This document shows positions 35,321 to 40,075 of a stretch of DNA of 40,075 nucleotides, one piece after another. The notes under the pieces were generated by a model. That model saw only the letters and a program-made list of their open reading frames with translations. It was not told the DNA's origin and did no database searches. The translations under genes were made by a program, and so were the position numbers. Position 1 is the first letter of the stretch; every line of letters begins with the position of its first letter. The DNA comes from Ructibacterium sp. (GTDB taxonomy: Bacteria; Bacillota; Clostridia; Monoglobales; Monoglobaceae). Location of the stretch: positions 1-40,075 of the forward strand of contig JAZOWR010000226.1 of the NCBI GenBank assembly GCA_045659345.1, written 5' to 3'.

Positions 35321-36795
35321 TGGATATATTGAGATACAGAGCAGAACCTACATTGGCAGAATTTCACAAATCCAAAGCATTTGTCCGCGGCATCAGAGGT
35401 CCTATCGGTTCAGGCAAGTCCGTTGCTTGCTGCTGGGAAATGTTCCGCAAAGGACTTGAAATTCAACCCGATGTTTACGGCAAACGAAAATCCCGCTGGG
35501 CGGTTATCCGTAACACTTATCCGGAACTTAAGACAACAACAATCAAGACCTGGACTGAATGGTTCAGCAGTCTCGGCAAAATGAACTGGGCTACTCCTCC
35601 GACTTTCTGGCTCAAACAGGATCTTGAAGACGGGACACACCTTGAAATGGAAATAATGTTTCTGGCTATGGATAGAGAAGAACATACAAAGAAATTGCTC
35701 TCGCTGGAATTGACAGGCGTATGGCTCAATGAAGCCCGTGAATTGCCGCTGTCAGTTATTGTCAACTCCATGTCCCGTGTCGGTCGTTATCCCAAAAAAG
35801 CGGAAAATCAGAAAGTCCCCAACTGGAACGGTGTTATCATGGACACCAACAGTCCGTCAGAATTTCATTGGTGGTATGACCGTGCAGAGGTCAATACTCC
35901 CAAAAACTGGCAGTTCTTTGACCAGCCTCCGGCTGTAATCAAAGTGAACGGTGCATATAAAGTCAATCCAGCTGCTGAAAATCTGCGGAATATTCCCAAA
36001 GGTGTGGCTTATTATGAAGATATGCTTTCCGGTAATACGGTTGACTTCATTGATGTTATGCTCTGCTGTCTGTACAAGTCTCTTTTTACAGGCAAGAAAG
36101 TTTATGAGGATTTCAATGAGAATATGCATGTCAGCAATGACCGCCTTGAAGTTGACGAAAACAGAGAGTTGGTATTGTCTTTTGACTTCGGTCTGACTCC
36201 CGCTTGCGTTGTTGCTCAGGAGACTGCAGCAGGTCAGTTGAGGGTTCTCGCTGAATATGTTTCAGAGAATATGGGTCTGACTCAATTCCTCGACAGTATG
36301 GTTCTCCCGGATCTGAACCGCCGTTTCCGCAACTGCAAAAAAATTGTGGCAACAGGAGACCCCGCAGGCATGCAGAGAAGTCAGGCTAATTCAGAGGACA
36401 GCTGCGCTGCCGTGCTGGAACGCAAAGGGTTGAAGTTTACTCCTTGTACGACAAATGATTTTGAACCCCGCAGGCGTGCTGTGCTTGACAGATTGAACCG
36501 TTTCGCTTGCGGTGCAGTGGCATATATACTTGACCCGTCATGCGTTATGCTCCGTCAGGGATTTACAGGAGGTTATCAGTTCAAATTGCTGGCGACAAGG
36601 CTCTCAACAGGTGAAAATCAATACTCTATGGAACCGGAAAAGAATATGTTCAGTCATATCCACGATGCAAATCAATATATGGCTATGTATTTTGAACCTA
36701 ATAAATATGAGCGGTCGCAGAAACAGAATGAACTTATCCGCCAGGCTATGCTTCGTTCACAGCGTGCCAGGGAAAATTATTCAGTATTGAATTGA
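35320..36795 (+). CDS. terL: Terminase large subunit
   Basis: Walker A GPIGSGKS, Walker B-like GVWLNEA, MDTN, nuclease FDFGLTPA, GDPAG and SHIHDA. Confidence 0.95.
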   Translation: MDILRYRAEPTLAEFHKSKAFVRGIRGPIGSGKSVACCWEMFRKGLEIQPDVYGKRKSRWAVIRNTYPELKTTTIKTWTEWFSSLGKMNWATPPTFWLKQDLEDGTHLEMEIMFLAMDREEHTKKLLSLELTGVWLNEARELPLSVIVNSMSRVGRYPKKAENQKVPNWNGVIMDTNSPSEFHWWYDRAEVNTPKNWQFFDQPPAVIKVNGAYKVNPAAENLRNIPKGVAYYEDMLSGNTVDFIDVMLCCLYKSLFTGKKVYEDFNENMHVSNDRLEVDENRELVLSFDFGLTPACVVAQETAAGQLRVLAEYVSENMGLTQFLDSMVLPDLNRRFRNCKKIVATGDPAGMQRSQANSEDSCAAVLERKGLKFTPCTTNDFEPRRRAVLDRLNRFACGAVAYILDPSCVMLRQGFTGGYQFKLLATRLSTGENQYSMEPEKNMFSHIHDANQYMAMYFEPNKYERSQKQNELIRQAMLRSQRARENYSVLN

Positions 36796-36804
36796 GGTGA
36801 TATT

Positions 36805-37266
36805 ATGGAAATGATAACATTCAGAAAACTTACCGCAGACGAAAAATTGGAGTATCTGACTTGCGCCGCAAAAGAAAACCGATTGAAATTCCTGTTTGAC
36901 ATCAAAAAGGTTGATTGGAACTGGATAAAAGCGCAGACTGTTTTCGGTGCGTTTTACAATGGTCAGCTGCTTGTTTTTTATTATTTCTATAATCTCAATG
37001 AGCAGACATGGCATGTGGCTTTCGGCTATCTCGGCAAATTCACCAGAAATACGCTGCAGGTTATCAGGCATTGTCTCAAGTCCGCACGCATGCAGTACGG
37101 TATCATCGGAGAAGTCAACTCCCGCAACACGCAGACAATCAGACTTTGCAGAACATATCTTGAACATCCGCAGGAATTTATTCTGGCAAATGCGGATGAA
37201 AACGACACTGACAGACATATTTTTTATTGGCATAAATTAAAAGAAAGTGAGGTCAAAAATGGCTAA
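36805..37266 (+). CDS. Hypothetical protein (possible GNAT-like fold)
   Basis: 153 aa with SD GAGGTGA; N.RN..TIRLC motif; lies between terL and portal. Confidence 0.5.
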   Translation: MEMITFRKLTADEKLEYLTCAAKENRLKFLFDIKKVDWNWIKAQTVFGAFYNGQLLVFYYFYNLNEQTWHVAFGYLGKFTRNTLQVIRHCLKSARMQYGIIGEVNSRNTQTIRLCRTYLEHPQEFILANADENDTDRHIFYWHKLKESEVKNG

Positions 37267-37504
37267 AAAATCCGATTCATCAAGCGATAATGACTTGATG
37301 ATGGCAATGGCAATGCAGGGAATGAACCGAAAAAAAATCAAAGCTCCCGAACCGGTTGCTCCTATTTCTCCGACAGCCCAAAGCGCAAAAGAAATCTCTA
37401 TGGCTAACAGAGAGGAAAAGGAACGCATCCGCAAGGCTTTCAGCAACAGTAAAACAGTTCTGTCCCGGAATGATACTCAGCAGGGCAAACAAACTTTAGG
37501 GTGA
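37259..37504 (+). CDS. Small pre-portal virion protein
   Basis: Pro-rich APEPVAP and C-terminal KQTLG, typical of the small gene before podovirus portals. Confidence 0.6.
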   Translation: MAKKSDSSSDNDLMMAMAMQGMNRKKIKAPEPVAPISPTAQSAKEISMANREEKERIRKAFSNSKTVLSRNDTQQGKQTLG

Positions 37505-37508
37505 TGTT

Positions 37509-39203
37509 ATGGACTACAACGGCAAAATTTTGATTAAAAACTTTGACGATTTGCGCAGTAAACGCAGTTCGCTTGATTCGGTGTTTGAAGAGTGCAAGGC
37601 TTTTGCCACGCCGTCAAAATACGGCATAGGAGAGCTTCCGCTCAACTCTCAGCAGAAAAAGAAAAAACGCCCGGCAGAAATCGTCAACGATTATGTCGGC
37701 AACGCCAATTATACCTTTGCCAGAGGTTTTTTCTCAAACCTCTGTCCTCCGTCCGTTCCGTGGTTCAGCATTGCGCCGATTGCCGCGCTTGAGAAAAATG
37801 TTGAACTGAAAAACTTTCTCAGTCAGGCAAGTCAACATTACTACGAAAAACTTTACTCCTCGACTAATTTTGCAACGGAGATTTTTTCCGCTGCCGAAAA
37901 CCTCGGCTGTATCGGTACAATCTGCACGAGTATTGAGTATGACTATGACGATATGACAATAAAATTCAAAACTCACGATATCGGTGAATTTTATGTTGAA
38001 GAGTCAAAAAAAGGTGTCAAAGATACCGTCTATCGTTCAATTCCCTTTACCGCATTGCAGATTATCAACACTTTCACTGCTGAAGGGGACAAAATCCCGT
38101 CAAAAATCAGAGAGTATGCAGAGTCGCTTGACAACGAAAAAGCGGGAAAAATGTTTGAAATTATTCATTATGTGGCTCCCAACCGCAACCGCAAATACAC
38201 CGATGACGGAAAACCTGAACTGAACAAAAGGAATGCGCCTTTTGTCTCCATATATATTGACAGAGACAGCAAGGAAATCATCCGTTTCAGCGGGTTTGAG
38301 CGTAATCCCTATACTGTCGGCTGTGTTGATACTCCTGTACACGGAGTATATTCTGACAGTCCGACACAGCGCGCCTTGCGTACTGCAAAATATCTTAATA
38401 AAGGTATGATTGCCATGGCAAAAGCAACGCAAATGCAGCTTGAACCGCCGGTGGCTCTGGACTTGGCAGCATACAGCAATCTTGTACCGCAGTATTTCTT
38501 TGAACCTAATGCAGTAAATCTCTACGACAGCAACGGAGGGAGGTTCAATGCTCCGCAGTTTTACACTCCTGATGGCAACTTGCCTTTCGGTATGGACTTT
38601 CTTGACCGCTTGGGCGCAGTCATCGACAATTATTTCTCCACAGATTTGTTCACCATGATTACCAATCTGAACACCCAGAGCGGGAGACAGCGGACAGCCT
38701 TTGAAATTCAGCAGCTGGTCAACGAAAAAAACACAATGATATTGCCTCTCGTGGCAAGGTTCCTGGATGAATTTCTGTCGCCGCTTCTGGTCAACGGTTT
38801 TCTCACTCTGATTGACCATGGAGAATTCGGCATGCTTCCCGGCATTGACAGAAAAATGTTGAGAATAGATTATTTCTCACCGCTTGCGCTTGCTGCAAAA
38901 CGGTCTAAAATTTCCGGTACAATGTCGGCAATAGAACAGATTTCGCCACTGCTTCAGATTATTCCGGATGCGCTGGATGTTCTGAATACAGATAAACTGG
39001 TTCGTGATATCTTTGAGACCGCAGGGGCAAACTCTGAACACTTGCGCAGTGAATATGATATTGAACAGATAAGAGAACAGCGCGCGGCAGAACAGCAGCA
39101 GCTTTTGCAGGCGCAACAGGCAACTGATATTATCAAATCACAAAATCTGACAGGGGAAGTCTCTGATACTTCGCTTGCCAGTCAACTTGTAGGAGGTATG
39201 TAA
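37509..39203 (+). CDS. Portal / head-to-tail connector (T7 gp8-like)
   Basis: PPSVPWF, GVYSDSP, RTAFEI, EFLSPL and IDYFSPLALA motifs; 564 aa. Confidence 0.9.
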   Translation: MDYNGKILIKNFDDLRSKRSSLDSVFEECKAFATPSKYGIGELPLNSQQKKKKRPAEIVNDYVGNANYTFARGFFSNLCPPSVPWFSIAPIAALEKNVELKNFLSQASQHYYEKLYSSTNFATEIFSAAENLGCIGTICTSIEYDYDDMTIKFKTHDIGEFYVEESKKGVKDTVYRSIPFTALQIINTFTAEGDKIPSKIREYAESLDNEKAGKMFEIIHYVAPNRNRKYTDDGKPELNKRNAPFVSIYIDRDSKEIIRFSGFERNPYTVGCVDTPVHGVYSDSPTQRALRTAKYLNKGMIAMAKATQMQLEPPVALDLAAYSNLVPQYFFEPNAVNLYDSNGGRFNAPQFYTPDGNLPFGMDFLDRLGAVIDNYFSTDLFTMITNLNTQSGRQRTAFEIQQLVNEKNTMILPLVARFLDEFLSPLLVNGFLTLIDHGEFGMLPGIDRKMLRIDYFSPLALAAKRSKISGTMSAIEQISPLLQIIPDALDVLNTDKLVRDIFETAGANSEHLRSEYDIEQIREQRAAEQQQLLQAQQATDIIKSQNLTGEVSDTSLASQLVGGM

Positions 39204-39204
39204 T

Positions 39205-39471
39205 ATGAACGGTCAACTTGACATTTTGCTGGAAATCAAAAAATTCCAAAACGCCATGCAGGGCGAAAACGGAAAAATTATTCTTGACCATCTGCGAAAA
39301 CTTTGCGGTCAGGACAAGATTATTTTTTCCAAAGATGCGCTTGAATTGGCACGCAACGAAGGCAAAAGAGAGATTTTTATCCTTATTCAAAATGAGCTGA
39401 ATATGGATGTAAACAGAATTCTCGAAAAAATTAAAAACACACAACAGGAGGTAAAAAATGTACTCGATTAA
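39205..39471 (+). CDS. Bbp19-like protein
   Basis: GKIILDHLRKLC...ARNEGKR motif directly after the portal. Confidence 0.7.
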   Translation: MNGQLDILLEIKKFQNAMQGENGKIILDHLRKLCGQDKIIFSKDALELARNEGKREIFILIQNELNMDVNRILEKIKNTQQEVKNVLD

Positions 39472-39958
39472 ACACAATTCTATCTATCGTGACGGCGAAG
39501 TTATCGCAGAAATTAAAGCAAACGGCTTGGTTGAATTTACAAGTCCTGAATTTGAAAAGTACCGCTTGCCGGTATGGAATCACCTTGACAGTGTCGGCAG
39601 AATAAATAAGGTAGCAGGCGGTCAGGATATTGCCGTGTGGTATGATGAAGCAGCTCCCGAACAAAATTCAGTTGTTAAGGAAAATTTAACAACTGAAAAT
39701 ACCGCACAGGTGCGGAATGCTGAATTGGATAAAATTATGCAGGAATCTGAAAACGAAAGCAAATTGGTGATAAACTATGTTGAGGAATTGCGTGAAGTCG
39801 TGGAAAAAATGACCGGTGAACCCGCTCCTTTTATGTCACAATCGCTCGGTGATGCAACTCCTGAACTCTGGGACTATTTCAGACGCCACATTGATTATTT
39901 TGATACTATCAAAGCGGCATATATTGTTAATGTAAACCTTAACAGATTGTACAAATGA
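39458..39958 (+). CDS. Hypothetical protein
   Basis: 166 aa with SD GGAGGT. Confidence 0.65.
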   Translation: MYSIKHNSIYRDGEVIAEIKANGLVEFTSPEFEKYRLPVWNHLDSVGRINKVAGGQDIAVWYDEAAPEQNSVVKENLTTENTAQVRNAELDKIMQESENESKLVINYVEELREVVEKMTGEPAPFMSQSLGDATPELWDYFRRHIDYFDTIKAAYIVNVNLNRLYK

Positions 39959-40075
39959 ACAGATTTCGCCACTGCTTCAGATTATTCCGGATGCGCTGGA
40001 TGTTCTGAATACAGATAAACTGGTTCGTGATATCTTTGAGACCGCAGGGGCAAACTCTGAACACTTGCGCAGTGA
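39957..40075 (+). repeat. Exact 119-bp copy of 38934..39052 (inside the portal gene)
   Basis: GAACAGATTTCGCCACTG...CTTGCGCAGTGA is identical at both positions. Confidence 0.95.

Larger units (their letters stand above)
1..40075. mobile_element. Temperate podovirus-like phage genome, near-complete and circularly permuted (attP internal, so excised or free form)
   Basis: Portal, TerL, TerS, capsid, tail tubular A/B, T7-type tail fibre, integrase, repressor and replication genes all present. The portal and two small ORFs at the right end continue logically into the scaffold at the left end. Confidence 0.93.

Noticed and set aside
1-40075. Diversity-generating retroelement or CRISPR array
   Set aside because: No reverse transcriptase motif, no template/variable repeat pair differing at adenines, and no regularly spaced repeat-spacer array was seen. 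The 119-bp duplicate is exact.
1-40075. Stop-codon reassignment
   Set aside because: All core genes are full length and densely packed under the standard bacterial code.

Overview
The window is a near-complete (~40 kb), circularly permuted temperate podovirus-type phage genome. Structural genes are recognisable: scaffold, major capsid, portal, TerS/TerL, T7 gp11/gp12-like tail tubular proteins, ejection proteins, a T7-type tail fibre with RCC1 repeats, and Ig/LRR/discoidin adhesins. Their order is scrambled. There is a lysogeny module (tyrosine integrase, attP matching a tRNA-Leu-like 3' end, HTH repressor, ribbon-helix-helix Cro equivalent) and a replication module with iterons and a second, catalytic-domain-only tyrosine recombinase. 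Four signals stand out. (1) A 2841-aa ejection-type polyvalent protein has a zincin protease domain followed by effector cassettes (RNase-like, ADP-ribosyltransferase, unknown), each bounded by an R-[FY]-[SA] linker that is partly repeated at DNA level. (2) Four perfect or near-perfect palindromes sit in-frame in unrelated genes and encode peptides I recall from RhuM-, DinD- and Bro-N-type DNA-binding proteins. (3) A 30-bp motif occurs three times, ahead of three + strand operons. (4) There are several candidate structured RNAs, and no recognisable endolysin. All family calls come from motif recognition by eye; no database search was run. The contig ends look like an assembly branch or a variable locus.
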